Both the position numbers and the translations under genes were made by a program. The notes under the pieces are model-generated. The model worked only from the letters and a program-made list of their open reading frames with translations. It had not been told where the DNA came from and ran no database searches. From positions 20,905-60,904 of the forward strand of contig CAVPPY010000003.1 of assembly GCA_963707245.1 (NCBI GenBank): 40,000 bases of DNA, in the 5' to 3' direction. This DNA is from Pirellulaceae bacterium (lineage in GTDB: Bacteria > Planctomycetota > Planctomycetia > Pirellulales > Pirellulaceae). Of this stretch, positions 24,775 through 35,225 are shown one piece after another (positions within the stretch are counted from its first letter, which is position 1; each line of letters starts with the position of its first letter).

Positions 24775-27148
24775 AATACAGCAAGTGAGCAGCCCGACGC
24801 CGCTTGAAATCCGATACGCCCTCGGCCGCCTTGAGAAGCACCGAGTCGAGGGACTCGCCGGCTACCACGGCTTCGAAAACGGCCTGGCATCCAAGCAATC
24901 GATTCCATTGCTCGGTTTCCCAATCCTGTGGATAAAGAATTCGCAACTGACAAGCGAGTGCCAAGCCGGTTCGCAGCGGCTCAAATTCACTACGATTGAC
25001 GATCACGATGTTCACTCCGGAGCAGGCTTCGCCCGAGTACTTGCTGGATTCGGGAGTAAATTCGATCGGCACGAAGACCACCCCAGGCAACCCCATTGCG
25101 GCCAGCCCCGCAGACAGTTGACGCCCATCGATCCACGGGGCTCCGATGACTTCGAAGGGTGTATCCGTACCGCGGCCTACCGAGACATTGGTTGTTTCCA
25201 GAAGCCCAACACCAGGATAGAGCAAGGCCTGGGTCAGCGAACGCATATTGGGAGAGGGATTAACCCAAGTCAATTGGGTTGCATCCCAAAAATCAGTGCG
25301 GTTCCAACCCTCGCAGCCTATGACTTGCAATTGCACATCGAGTTGCAAATCGCTGGCAATCATTTTGGCCAATTCGCCGGTGGTCATCCCGTGCCGAACG
25401 GGCAGGGGATGGAAGCCGACGAAAGACTGGCTGCCCGCATCGAGCATGGGGCCGGCCAGATCGACACCGTTGATCGGATTGGGGCGATCTAGCACGACGA
25501 ATGGCTTGCCGAATTCGGCCGCGGCGAGCATGCATTCGCCCATCGTTGAAACATAGGTGTAGAAGCGAGTGCCGATATCCTGAATATCGAATACCAGCGT
25601 ATCGATCTCGGCAAGCATTTCCTCCGTGGGTCGACGCGTACTGCCGTACAAGCTGTAGATCTTCAATCCACTCTTAGCGTCCGCCGCATCGTCGATCTTT
25701 GCAATATCCAACTTGCCCTCAAATCCATGCTCGGGACTAAACAGTGCGACCAGCTCGACCGCATTAGCCTGTTGAAGTAGTTCCACCGTACTCCTGCCCT
25801 CCGCATTGCGACCGGTATGATTAGTAATCAGACCGATGCGCCGACCCGCGAGTTGTCGGAATCCATCGCGCTGCAGCACATCGATTCCGCAGAGTACCGA
25901 CGTAGGATGCACACTGCTCGACGGCCCCCGAGTTTTGACGGCGCTAGCGATGACATTGGCCATCTGGCCGGCCAAGTGATTAACGCTGCCAGTTCCATTG
26001 GGATGCAGCCGGTTGCTAAGAAAAATAAAGAAAAGATCCAGTTCGGGATCTATCCACAAGACTGTGCCCGTAAAGCCGCCATGACCGAATGCCTTGTCGG
26101 ACAGCAGATCGCCTCGATTGCTGGAATAGCCTGTCCGCATATCCCAGCCCAGTCCGCGCAGCCCGCTGGACACTGGAACCCCACGCCGCATGCAGGCCAC
26201 GGCGTTGGCAGACAGGACTTGACCTGGTTCACCGCTGGCGGACATTCCTCGGCCTTCGGACAGGAGCATCTGCGCGAAGATTGCTAGATCCTCTGCCGAG
26301 GAAAATAATCCGGCGTGGCCCGCCACGCCTCCCAGGGCAAATGCACGTGGGTCGTGCACTTCGCCTTGCATCCAATGGCCCTCCCTTTGTTCCGTGGGAG
26401 CGGCACGGGCCCGCAATGCCTCGTCGGGCAGGAACCCCGTTTCGTGCATGCCCAGCGGCTGAAAAATCTGCTGCTGCGAAAACTCGTCCAACGTCTGCCC
26501 ACTCAGCAGCTCAACGATTTTGCCCAAGACAATGAAATTCACATCCGAGTATTTAAAAACGCTTCCGATCTCGGCCACCGGTTTGAGCTGACAAATCCGC
26601 TGCCAGGCGACTTCGGGACCGGCTTGGTAGTCAATTAAAGGGTTATCGGGTATCAAGCCGCTTTGATGGACCAGCAGATCTTGGATCGTAATCGCATCTT
26701 TGCCGTGCGAAGAAAAGTCGGGGAAATAATCGACCACCTTGGCTCCCAGTCGCAATCGCCCATCATCAACCAGTTTCATAATGCAGCTGGCCGTAGCGAC
26801 GGGCTTGGTAAGGGAAGCCAAATCGAAAACCGTATTGCTGGTCATCGGCTGCTGCTGGGGTTCGATGCGCTTGTTACCAAAGGCCTGTAGATAGGCGATC
26901 TTGCCATGCCTGCCGATACAGATCACGCAGCCGGGCATTTTCTGTTCTTGGATGCCCTGTAATGCCAGTTCGCCGATACGGTCTAAGTGCGCCGAATCTA
27001 GCCCCACTAGTTCAGGTTGTGCGTGCGGCAAGCGGGCTGAGGACTGCGGCTGAGCCCGCCCAGCCTCGGCAAATATCAGGATGAACAACCAAGCGAAGAG
27101 CCAGATCCCAGGCCGCCAATTTGATTTACTCAAGCTGCTCCCCCTCAT
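24773..27148 (-). CDS. Fusion protein: beta-lactamase-fold serine hydrolase (AmiE/AmpH-like) + DUF1343 (NamZ-like exo-beta-N-acetylmuramidase family)
   Basis: 791 aa with a signal peptide. The N-terminal half carries SLTKPVAT (SxxK), YSDVNF and GHGGFTGT motifs. The C-terminal half, GLITNHTGRNAEGRSTVELL...LFSPEHGFEGK...IYSLYGSTRRPTEEML...LVFDIQDIGTRFYTYVSTMG, matches the DUF1343 family as I recall it. Confidence 0.8.
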   Translation of the reverse strand: MRGSSLSKSNWRPGIWLFAWLFILIFAEAGRAQPQSSARLPHAQPELVGLDSAHLDRIGELALQGIQEQKMPGCVICIGRHGKIAYLQAFGNKRIEPQQQPMTSNTVFDLASLTKPVATASCIMKLVDDGRLRLGAKVVDYFPDFSSHGKDAITIQDLLVHQSGLIPDNPLIDYQAGPEVAWQRICQLKPVAEIGSVFKYSDVNFIVLGKIVELLSGQTLDEFSQQQIFQPLGMHETGFLPDEALRARAAPTEQREGHWMQGEVHDPRAFALGGVAGHAGLFSSAEDLAIFAQMLLSEGRGMSASGEPGQVLSANAVACMRRGVPVSSGLRGLGWDMRTGYSSNRGDLLSDKAFGHGGFTGTVLWIDPELDLFFIFLSNRLHPNGTGSVNHLAGQMANVIASAVKTRGPSSSVHPTSVLCGIDVLQRDGFRQLAGRRIGLITNHTGRNAEGRSTVELLQQANAVELVALFSPEHGFEGKLDIAKIDDAADAKSGLKIYSLYGSTRRPTEEMLAEIDTLVFDIQDIGTRFYTYVSTMGECMLAAAEFGKPFVVLDRPNPINGVDLAGPMLDAGSQSFVGFHPLPVRHGMTTGELAKMIASDLQLDVQLQVIGCEGWNRTDFWDATQLTWVNPSPNMRSLTQALLYPGVGLLETTNVSVGRGTDTPFEVIGAPWIDGRQLSAGLAAMGLPGVVFVPIEFTPESSKYSGEACSGVNIVIVNRSEFEPLRTGLALACQLRILYPQDWETEQWNRLLGCQAVFEAVVAGESLDSVLLKAAEGVSDFKRRRAAHLLY

Positions 27149-28683
27149 GCGATTCTTGATTTCGACAAAAAAGCAGATGCACTACCCAAGCGCACAAAAA
27201 TGTGGTCAGTGCGCCGATGGCCGCGAACCATGGCCAGGCAATGCCAAAGTTACTTGTCGGCCAGTAGGATTTTACCACAGCTGGCAGTGCAAACTGGACA
27301 GCCAGCAGCACAAGCAGGCCACCAGCGGCCCCGCTCAGAGCCTCAAATTCACCGATGCGGCGCGTACAGCACACCCAACGAAAACAATCCCAGGAGCAAT
27401 CCAGCGGAGTAACCAGCAATAGTCAATGCACTGCTGACCACCGTTGCATTGAGGCTGGTCGCCCAAATACCAATCGCAACTTGCAGTACTCCGAAACCCA
27501 TAGCCAGCCAGCGTGTCAACCGCAACTGCCTGGCGGGCGACATGGGCCTGGTGCATCGCGGCAGGGCAAAGTCATTCAACACTGCCGACGCCGACGAGTT
27601 CAACGAGCTGGAGAGCGTGGACATGGCTGCGGCCAAGATAGCAGCCAGCATGAGCCCCACCAGGCCAGTATTGCGTGGAAAATAATGCACGATAAAGTGC
27701 GCGTAGACATAGTCTTTTTTCTCAAAAACCACTTCGCTGTGAGAGCCATAGAAGCAGGCCAGCTGGACGCCAATGAACAGGAACAACGCAAACTGGCATA
27801 ACACCGTAACACCGCTGAGCACGATCGCCCGTGCCGCGTCAGACTGGCTGCGTGCGCTGAGGTAACGCTGGACCATCATTTGATCGGTACCGTGCGTGCC
27901 GATGGTCAGTACAGCACCGCCCACGAGTCCCGCCCAAAAACTGTAGGGCTCCACAGCCAGCCAACTCAAGAATGCCGATGCATTACCTGGATGCGGCGGC
28001 AGGAATTCAAAGACGGTCAGCCGTCCCGACTGTCGAGCGAACTGCCAAAATTCCGACCAACCTCCTGGCATCTGTGCGGCGATGATGAACACCGTGACAA
28101 CGCCGCCCAGCATGTAGATCACCAGTTGAATGCAATCGTTCCAGACTACTGAACGCATGCCGCCGAAGTAGGTGTAGAGCATGGTGACTCCGCCGATGGC
28201 CACAGCACTCCAAACAAAGGGCCAACCAAACATGATTTCCAAGACCAGCGCCGCCAGGAACAGTCGTAGGCCATCTCCTAGATTGCGGGTTACCAGGAAC
28301 AACAGAGAGGCCGCCTGCTTGGTGCGTTCCCCAAAGCGGCGTCCCAAGACTTCGTAGGCGCTGAATAGCTTGCCGTCGAAAAACAGTGGCAACAGCACAT
28401 AGGCCACCAAGCAACGCCCCAACATAAAACCGAAAGCCAGCTGCAGGAAACGCATGCCCGTCGTTCCAAAAGCTGTAGCGGGTACGCTCAGCACGGTCGC
28501 CGTACTGGTTTCTGTGGCTACGATGGAACCCAGGATGGCCCACCAGGGAAGATTGCGATCGCCAAGCAGATAGGCTTCGACCGAGTGCGTCTTACCACTG
28601 GCCCGCAAGCCGACCAGCAGGGCAGCCAGGACCGAGGAAACGAGCACGAGAATATCGATTAGCCCAAGTGGCATATGATTCAA
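27126..28683 (-). pseudogene. Sodium:solute symporter (SSS) family transporter, frame change near 27360 (pseudogene or sequence error)
   Basis: ORF 27349-28683 (444 aa, polytopic) reads ...WWAILGSIVATETSTATVLSVP.... The last two TM helices continue in ORF 27126-27419 (RRIGEFEALSGAAGGLLVLLAVQFALPAVV...). Confidence 0.75.
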
Positions 28684-28686
28684 AAT

Positions 28687-28792
28687 CTAGGCTTTGTCCC
28701 CAAAGGGGTCTGACCCTTTGGAGGCGAGTCGAATTTACACTGGTTCTTGGCCTCGCCGGAGAGGGTCAGACCCCTTTGGGGACAAAGCCTAG
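28687..28792. repeat. Palindromic repeat P2, copy 2 (archetype: 98-bp body 28691-28788 flanked by CTAG on both sides)
   Basis: Perfect 27-bp terminal inverted repeats GCTTTGTCCCCAAAGGGGTCTGACCCT / AGGGTCAGACCCCTTTGGGGACAAAGC. CTAG at 28687-28690 and 28789-28792. Confidence 0.9.
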
Positions 28793-28971
28793 TTGTGTTT
28801 AGGAAAAAATGAGTCCATCGCCAACAGGCACACGCTTCGTCCCAAAGTTCTTACAATTCCTATATCGCGGAGCTGGGCGGTTTTCACATTTGGGCTTCGA
28901 TCGAAAATGCTCATGGACTATGATAACGCGCATAACTAGGAATCTGGGCGCTCTACAGAAGGACCTTCGCC

Positions 28972-31900
28972 GTGACCTTTCGCAGCCGTCGTCGCCGTTT
29001 TCCCTCCACTTCCGAGCAACGTTCGCTTTTGGATCTCGAGTCGCAATCGCCAGATGCTTCCTTTGGGCGCATGCTGCAAAATGTGCTTTCTAGCTCTCAG
29101 CGTGCCAGCCAACCAGCGACTTCAAATCGAAAACTAGGTGACTGGTTAGTTGACTTCATCGGTTTCTTCAATCGTTGTATCGACGCCCTCGATGAAAGGG
29201 ATGATGTACTGGATGCCCAGCATGATGTGCATATTACCGGCGTATTTCAAGACGGAAGCATAACGGCGACCTGCAGCGACGCATTTGGTACGGTGCAAGT
29301 CATGGTGCAAAGCATTCGGAATCAAAATAAGTTTGCCTGCAGCTGTTCGGCAGAGACTTCTTCAGGCCGGGCAATCTGCGGCCACGTCATGAGTGTGCTG
29401 GATCATGTAACTGATTTGCTGGAAGAGCGTTACTCCAACCTGTCCATTCGAATCCAGAGGCGGGCCTTTGATCCTGGCGAACCCGACCCCAAGCTGTTCC
29501 GTTTTGATCCCAATGCCCGCATCAAGTACCTGCTGGAATCGATTACCCCGGATGATGACATTCTGCCCTTCGCCACGAATTCCGCAGAGTTAGCGCCACT
29601 GGATACGGCTCAGAAACCACGGATCGCTTGGAATCTGGTCATCAACGGTAGTACCGCCACATTGAACCCCATGCTGCAATCGCCCAAGAAGCGAGGAGGC
29701 TGGGTCAAGGGGCGAAAAGTGAGCCTGGCCAACCTGAGTCAGTATGCGGATTACTTCTGCGATGCTGACCGACGTGTGCAGGCGCTGATCAGAATCGAAA
29801 CCAATTACTACAACCCGCAGTTTAATTTGTCGACAGCAGCTGCGATCTACACACTTGTCGGTGAGTCCAATGTGCTGCTCAATGGTGAACCGGCAGAGGT
29901 AGTCGCAGCCGAACCTTGCTTGAATATTGAGCAAGGAAAGCAGCATTTGTCTTTCAGTATCGATGGTGCGCACCCGTCCCATAGCGTGCATCTATTTCGC
30001 AGAGCGACACTTCTTGCATATTCGCACGGATATGTCTCGAATTGAAATCTGCCCTATGCAGCGCGAGCAGTTTCAATACATGAAGTCGGCTCTGCAGCTT
30101 CCCGCGATACCCGTAGAGCATACAGCCCAATTCCTACAGGCAGCGGAAAAATTGGGCCGCGTGTTGACGATCCGTATGCCCGAATCCATGAAAGGCAAAA
30201 TCGTCGATGATACTTACCAGCCGGTGCTGTTGTTGCGGGCGCGGAGCGATGGTTCCCTGGACTATGGTCTGCGAATCCGCAGCTCAATGGGGCTGCTGCT
30301 CAAGCCCGGAATTGGGCGAATGCTGAATCAAACCGAACGCGACGGACAACCGATACAGGTCCGTCGGTCTGCGACTCGCGAGAATTTGCTGTGCGCTGAG
30401 ACCGCCAAACATTTTCAATTGCCCACCCATAGCCTTGAGGGCTCACTCACTGATTTTGAAGCAGCCCTGAACTTGATTGAGCAATTGCAAGAGTGCGATG
30501 ACTACGGAGTTGGGCGTTGAGGTCTTGTGGGATAAGCAGTCCGAAAAGCCCATCAAAGTGCTCGGTTCGGTCTCGACTCAGAACGTCAGCGTGGGTATTT
30601 CGCGTCAGCGAGATTGGTTCCAGCTGTCGGGCAACTGCGACTTTGGCAAGGAATCGCTTGGGCTGGCGGATTTGCTCAACGGTCTGCAAGCCGCGGGCGC
30701 GAGTGGTTTGCGCGGTGATTATGTGCGGCTTGGTGAGCATGGCTGGGCCAAGATTTCCCAGGAGCTACGATTGCAGCTACGGCGGCTGCACGACTCGGTG
30801 AACCAAGAACGTGGCTCGCTGAAATTTGATGCCTCCTCGGCCCCCGCCATCCGCGATTTACTCGAACAGAACCAACAGCTTGAAGTGAAAGCCAATCGTG
30901 CATGGCAAGATTGCCTGCTACGTTTAGAGCAGTCTGAAAAACTTGAGCCGGTGCTTCCCGACAGGCCTGTGCGCCGAGTTGCGTGACTATCAGACTGAGG
31001 GCTTTAAATGGTTGCGGCGACTGGCCGAGTGGGGTGTCGGCGGTATCTTGGCCGATGATATGGGGCTGGGCAAAACGCTACAGACTCTGGCAGTCGTTCT
31101 GGACCGCGCTCAACAAGGCCCCACGCTGGTTGTCGCCCCAACCTCGGTCGGATTTAATTGGGTGCGCGAGTGTGAGAAGTTCTCTCCAGATCTCAAACCA
31201 CATCTCTATCGTGACACCGATCGGGCCGATTTTCTGCAGGAGGTTGGCCCAGGCAGTCTGGTGGTATGCAGTTATGGATTGGCGCTCCGCGATGCAAAAG
31301 CCCTGGCCGGGGTGCAGTGGTCGACGCTCGTGCTCGATGAAGCCCAGGCGATTAAAAACAGCCGCAGCAAGACGTCGGCGGCGATCGCTTCCATTCCCGC
31401 CGATTGGAAGGTCGCCCTGACCGGAACGCCAGTGGAAAACCATTTGGGCGAACTGTGGAGTTTGTTCCGAGTGATTTCGCCAGGTGTCCTCGGCGGCTGG
31501 GATCAATTCCGTCGCCGCTTTGCTGCTCCCATTGAAAAGGATGGCGACGAAGAACGGCGGATGGCACTTCGCAATCGCCTGCAGCCCTTTTTGCTGCGGC
31601 GTACCAAGAGCCAGGTGTTGACGGATTTGCCGTCACGAACAGAAACCAATCTGTGCGTTGAACTCAGTCCGGCTGAGAGGAAAATGTACGACGAGGTTCG
31701 CGCCCTGGCCGTGGCGGAAGCCGATGAAATTGCCCAGATCACTGACATCCAAGACCAGCGTTTTCGCATCTTGGCCTTGCTCACGCGTCTGCGGCAATTA
31801 GCCTGCAGCCCGCGTTTGGTCCACGATTCATGGAAGGAACGATCCTCCAAGATCCAGTTGTTGTGTGAGAAGCTATTAGAATTGCGCGAGGAAGGGCATC

Positions 31901-32352
31901 GGGTGCTGGTCTTCAGCCAGTTTGTGCAACACCTGAACCTCATCCGCGAGATGCTCGACGAAGAAATGATCACTTACGAGTATCTAGACGGCTCGACCAC
32001 CGCCGATGCCCGGCGGCAACGGGTGGACCGTTTTCAGGATGGCGATGCGACCGTCTTTCTAATCTCCCTCAAGGCGGGAGGCACCGGCCTGAACTTGACC
32101 GCGGCAGACTACGTGATTCACATGGATCCCTGGTGGAATCCGGCGGTCGAGGATCAGGCTACCGATCGCGCCCACCGGATTGGGCAGACACGACCGGTGA
32201 TGGTATATCGCCTGGTATCGCAAGGTACGATCGAGGAGGAGATCCTCAAGCTGCATGACACCAAACGCGACCTGGTGGCAGGCATCATGGAAGGTACGGC
32301 TGCTGCTGCTAAATTATCAACCGAAGATTTGATGGCCTTGATCCGCACTTAG
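28972..32352 (+). pseudogene. SWIM zinc-finger / SNF2-family helicase (about 1126 aa if joined), three +1 frame changes
   Basis: Four consecutive ORFs in frames 1,2,0,1 (28972-30045, 29927-30520, 30477-30986, 30943-32352). SWIM motif CSCSAETSSGRAICGHVMSVLDH. SNF2 motifs LRDYQTEGFKWL, ILADDMGLGKTLQ, LVLDEAQAIKN, and helicase-C motifs FLISLKAGGTGLNLTAADYVIHMDPWWNPAVEDQATDRAHRIGQ. The third junction is at a CCC run (30957-30959). Confidence 0.85.
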
Positions 32353-32453
32353 AGCCTATCCGAAAAGGGGTCTGACCCTCTCCGGCGAGGACAAAAAACC
32401 AATGAAATCGACTCGCCTCCAAAGGGTCAGACCCCTTTTCGGATAGGCTCTAA
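32349..32453. repeat. Palindromic repeat P2, variant copy 3 (different outer arms, same core)
   Basis: TTAGAGCCTATCCGAAAAGGGGTCTGACCCTCTCCGGCGAGG...GACTCGCCTCCAAAGGGTCAGACCCCTTTTCGGATAGGCTCTAA. It overlaps the TAG stop of the SNF2 gene. Confidence 0.85.
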
Positions 32454-32468
32454 GCTTGGCGACTGTCT

Positions 32469-33362
32469 ATGTCCAACCAACAATTGACGACGGAGCAACG
32501 CAATGCGCGATCAACGGCTATCGACAGCCTGTCGGCGCTTGAAATTGTGCACCTGATGAACAGTGAAGACGCCCAGGTCGCTACCGCCGTTTCCAATGAG
32601 AGTGTGCCTATTGCCCAAGCAGTAGATTTGATCGCCGAGCGCTTTCGCCAGGGCGGTCGACTGTTCTATTTCGGCGCAGGGACCAGCGGCCGCCTGGGAG
32701 TACTCGATGCCTCGGAGTGCCCACCCACATTCAGCACGCCACCGGAGATGGTCGTCGGTATTATTGCTGGAGGCCATGCAGCCCTGACTCGCGCGATCGA
32801 GGGAGCCGAGGATGATCCCAATCAGGCGGCTATCGATTTGCACGACCACGGACTCAACTCCAAGGATGTGCTGGTGGGCATCGCCAGCAGTGGACGCACG
32901 CCCTATGTCCTCGGTGGGCTGGACTTTGCTCGCCAGCAAGGCGCAGCAACGATCGGCCTCACGTGTAATCGGCCATCCGAATTGGACTCGCTGGCCGATA
33001 TCATCATCGCCCCACTGGTTGGGCCGGAAATTATCAGTGGCTCGACGCGTTTGAAATCCGGAACCGCGACCAAGCTGGTCTTAAATATGCTAACTACAGG
33101 CGCCATGATTCTGATCGGCAAAACCTATGGCAATTTGATGGTAGATCTGCGGGCCTCCAACTCAAAGCTCAAGGCGCGTAGCATACGCATTGTGTCCGAA
33201 GTAACCGGAATTACGCCCGCCGATGCCGCACATGTACTGGGGATTTGCAATGGCGAAGTGAAGACAGCGATTGTCGCCACGCTCAAGCAGTTAGATGCGA
33301 GCGCAGCCCGGCACTTGCTCGACACCGCGGGTGGTCAACTGCGAACGGCCCTTCAATCTTGA
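32469..33362 (+). CDS. murQ: N-acetylmuramic acid 6-phosphate etherase MurQ
   Basis: 297 aa. TEQRNARSTAIDSLSALEIVHLMNSED...LFYFGAGTSGRLGVLDASECPPTF...SGRTPYV is a SIS-domain etherase signature. Confidence 0.88.
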   Translation: MSNQQLTTEQRNARSTAIDSLSALEIVHLMNSEDAQVATAVSNESVPIAQAVDLIAERFRQGGRLFYFGAGTSGRLGVLDASECPPTFSTPPEMVVGIIAGGHAALTRAIEGAEDDPNQAAIDLHDHGLNSKDVLVGIASSGRTPYVLGGLDFARQQGAATIGLTCNRPSELDSLADIIIAPLVGPEIISGSTRLKSGTATKLVLNMLTTGAMILIGKTYGNLMVDLRASNSKLKARSIRIVSEVTGITPADAAHVLGICNGEVKTAIVATLKQLDASAARHLLDTAGGQLRTALQS

Positions 33363-33369
33363 GACGAAC

Positions 33370-34335
33370 ATGGTCAGCCAAGCTAGCATCATTCTGGGAG
33401 TCGACGGCGGTGGAACCAAAAGCACAGCCTGGTTGGCCGTGCGAGAGCCGGACAGTGCAGTAGGCGCGATGCAGTTTCGCGTACTTGGGCGCGGCGCAGC
33501 GGGACCTGCCAACCCGCACAGCGCAGGCTTTGACGACGCCCTGGAGCATGTGAAGCATGCCATTTTGAGCGCGTTTTCCGCGGCACATCTCCCGCTCCAG
33601 ACAGCGCACAACGCATGTCTTTGTCTGGCAGGAGCTGGCAGAATCGAGGAACAGCAGCGAATTGCCAATTGGGCGAAAGAGCAGGGGATTGCAAACAACA
33701 TCCATGTCATCAGCGACGTTCAAGCCGTTCTGGCGGCCATAGATGAAACTCCCCCTGCAGACCACCCACCTTTAAACAAGATCGCCTTGATCTGCGGAAC
33801 CGGTTCGATGGCCTACGGCACAACTGCCACAGGACGCTCGTTCCGCTGTGGCGGCTGGGGATATCTGCTGGACGATCCGGGCAGCGGCTACTGGTTGGGG
33901 CAACAGGCATTGGCACTTGCCTGCCAATCCGCTGACGGTCGGAGTCATGAACCGGCTCTACTGGAGTCCATTCTAAGGAAGATCAACTGCACCCTGCCTG
34001 AGCAAATCATCGGCTGGACATACGGCCATGCAAACCCGCGGCAGCGGATTGCAGGGCTGGCTCCACTAGTTTGCGATTTGGCGGCTTGCTCGTCGCCAAT
34101 CAATGCTGTCCTCGATGATGGTGCCCACAGGTTGGCTAGCTTGGTACAAACCGTCCGACATAACTTGGGGATGGAACACTATGTCTTGGCGGTGGCCGGA
34201 GGCCTGATCTGCAATCAGTCGCATTATGCACAGCGCGTGCTGGAGGCGCTCGAAAAAGCTGATTGCCCGCCGCTGAGCGTGAACATCATCCGGGAACCCG
34301 TGCAGGGCGCGCTGAGAATCGCCATGCAGCTATGA
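33370..34335 (+). CDS. BadF/BadG/BcrA/BcrD-type sugar kinase (GlcNAc/MurNAc kinase-like)
   Basis: ATG 33370 within ORF 33295-34335. N-terminal ATPase motif ILGVDGGGTKSTAW, later LICGTGSMAYG and GGWGYLLDDPGSGYWLG. Directly downstream of murQ. Confidence 0.75.
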   Translation: MVSQASIILGVDGGGTKSTAWLAVREPDSAVGAMQFRVLGRGAAGPANPHSAGFDDALEHVKHAILSAFSAAHLPLQTAHNACLCLAGAGRIEEQQRIANWAKEQGIANNIHVISDVQAVLAAIDETPPADHPPLNKIALICGTGSMAYGTTATGRSFRCGGWGYLLDDPGSGYWLGQQALALACQSADGRSHEPALLESILRKINCTLPEQIIGWTYGHANPRQRIAGLAPLVCDLAACSSPINAVLDDGAHRLASLVQTVRHNLGMEHYVLAVAGGLICNQSHYAQRVLEALEKADCPPLSVNIIREPVQGALRIAMQL

Positions 34336-34348
34336 AACGCGATGGGCT

Positions 34349-35180
34349 TCAAGAACTGGCACTGCGATACGACAAGCAGTGATCTCTTGAACACCCAGCG
34401 ACTGAATCCGAAAGCGGCCAGGGTGGCCAGGAGGGTAAAGCCAGCCAGGGGCCATTCCCAGGCACCGCGGGGTGTCAGGGGCTGGGCCAGCAGGCGCGCC
34501 GGTACGTTGACCACAACCAGTACAGGAATCACAAACGTGAAAAGTACAAACAGGGGCAACCCCCAACCTCGAGAATAGATCTCCATCGGATATCGCGAAA
34601 AATTGGTGATGTAAAACCAGAAGTCATACAGCGTTTGATTTCTGCCCAACCAAACACTGGTAGCCGCCAGGCAAATCATCAGGCTGTACAGAATGATCAC
34701 TCCGCACAGAATGTAAAGCGGATAGAGCAGCAGGATGACTGGATGAAATACCCACGGATTCTCTGGGCGACTAGCCAGTTGGCCCAGGCTGAGCAGGACC
34801 AACAAGCAATGCCGAGAAACGACGTTGGAAAGACTCGACCAACTGACCTTCCGCAACGAAATCAAGAATTGCGTATCGATCGGTTTGAGCATGGCAAAGT
34901 CCAAGCCACCGGTGCGAATCAATTCGCTGAACTCTTCCGAATTGGGCATGAAGAAAGTTTGCACTATCGAATTGATAATCCAAGTGGTTCCCATAAATAC
35001 GAAGAACTCGTACTTGCCCCAACCCGTCTCGCGACCGATCGAGGTCGTATGTTCAAAAATGATCCAATAGAAGCCGACATTCATGATGGCCCAGGACAGG
35101 CTAGAGACGGCTTCGATCAAGAAATTGGCGCGAAACATCATGTCGCGCACCAGCGAGTTCTTGGCGAATGTCAAGAACAC
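34349..35180 (-). pseudogene. ABC-2 family transporter permease (second permease), frame change near 34385 close to the C-terminus
   Basis: ORF 34224-35180 is a polytopic membrane protein. After ...FSRWVFKR the family-typical ending HCLSYRSASS* is in the +1 frame (stop at 34349-34351), which removes the otherwise odd overlap with the convergent kinase gene. Confidence 0.65.
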
Positions 35181-35225
35181 TCGAAGGTAGTTGGGATGGC
35201 TGTGGAGTTGTTTCGCTTGCTTTCA

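Noticed and set aside
28972-32352. SWIM-SNF2 helicase as a candidate novel defence system
   Set aside because: The SWIM + SNF2-associated + SNF2_N + Helicase_C architecture is a widespread single-gene bacterial family. No methylase, nuclease or other defence partner is adjacent.
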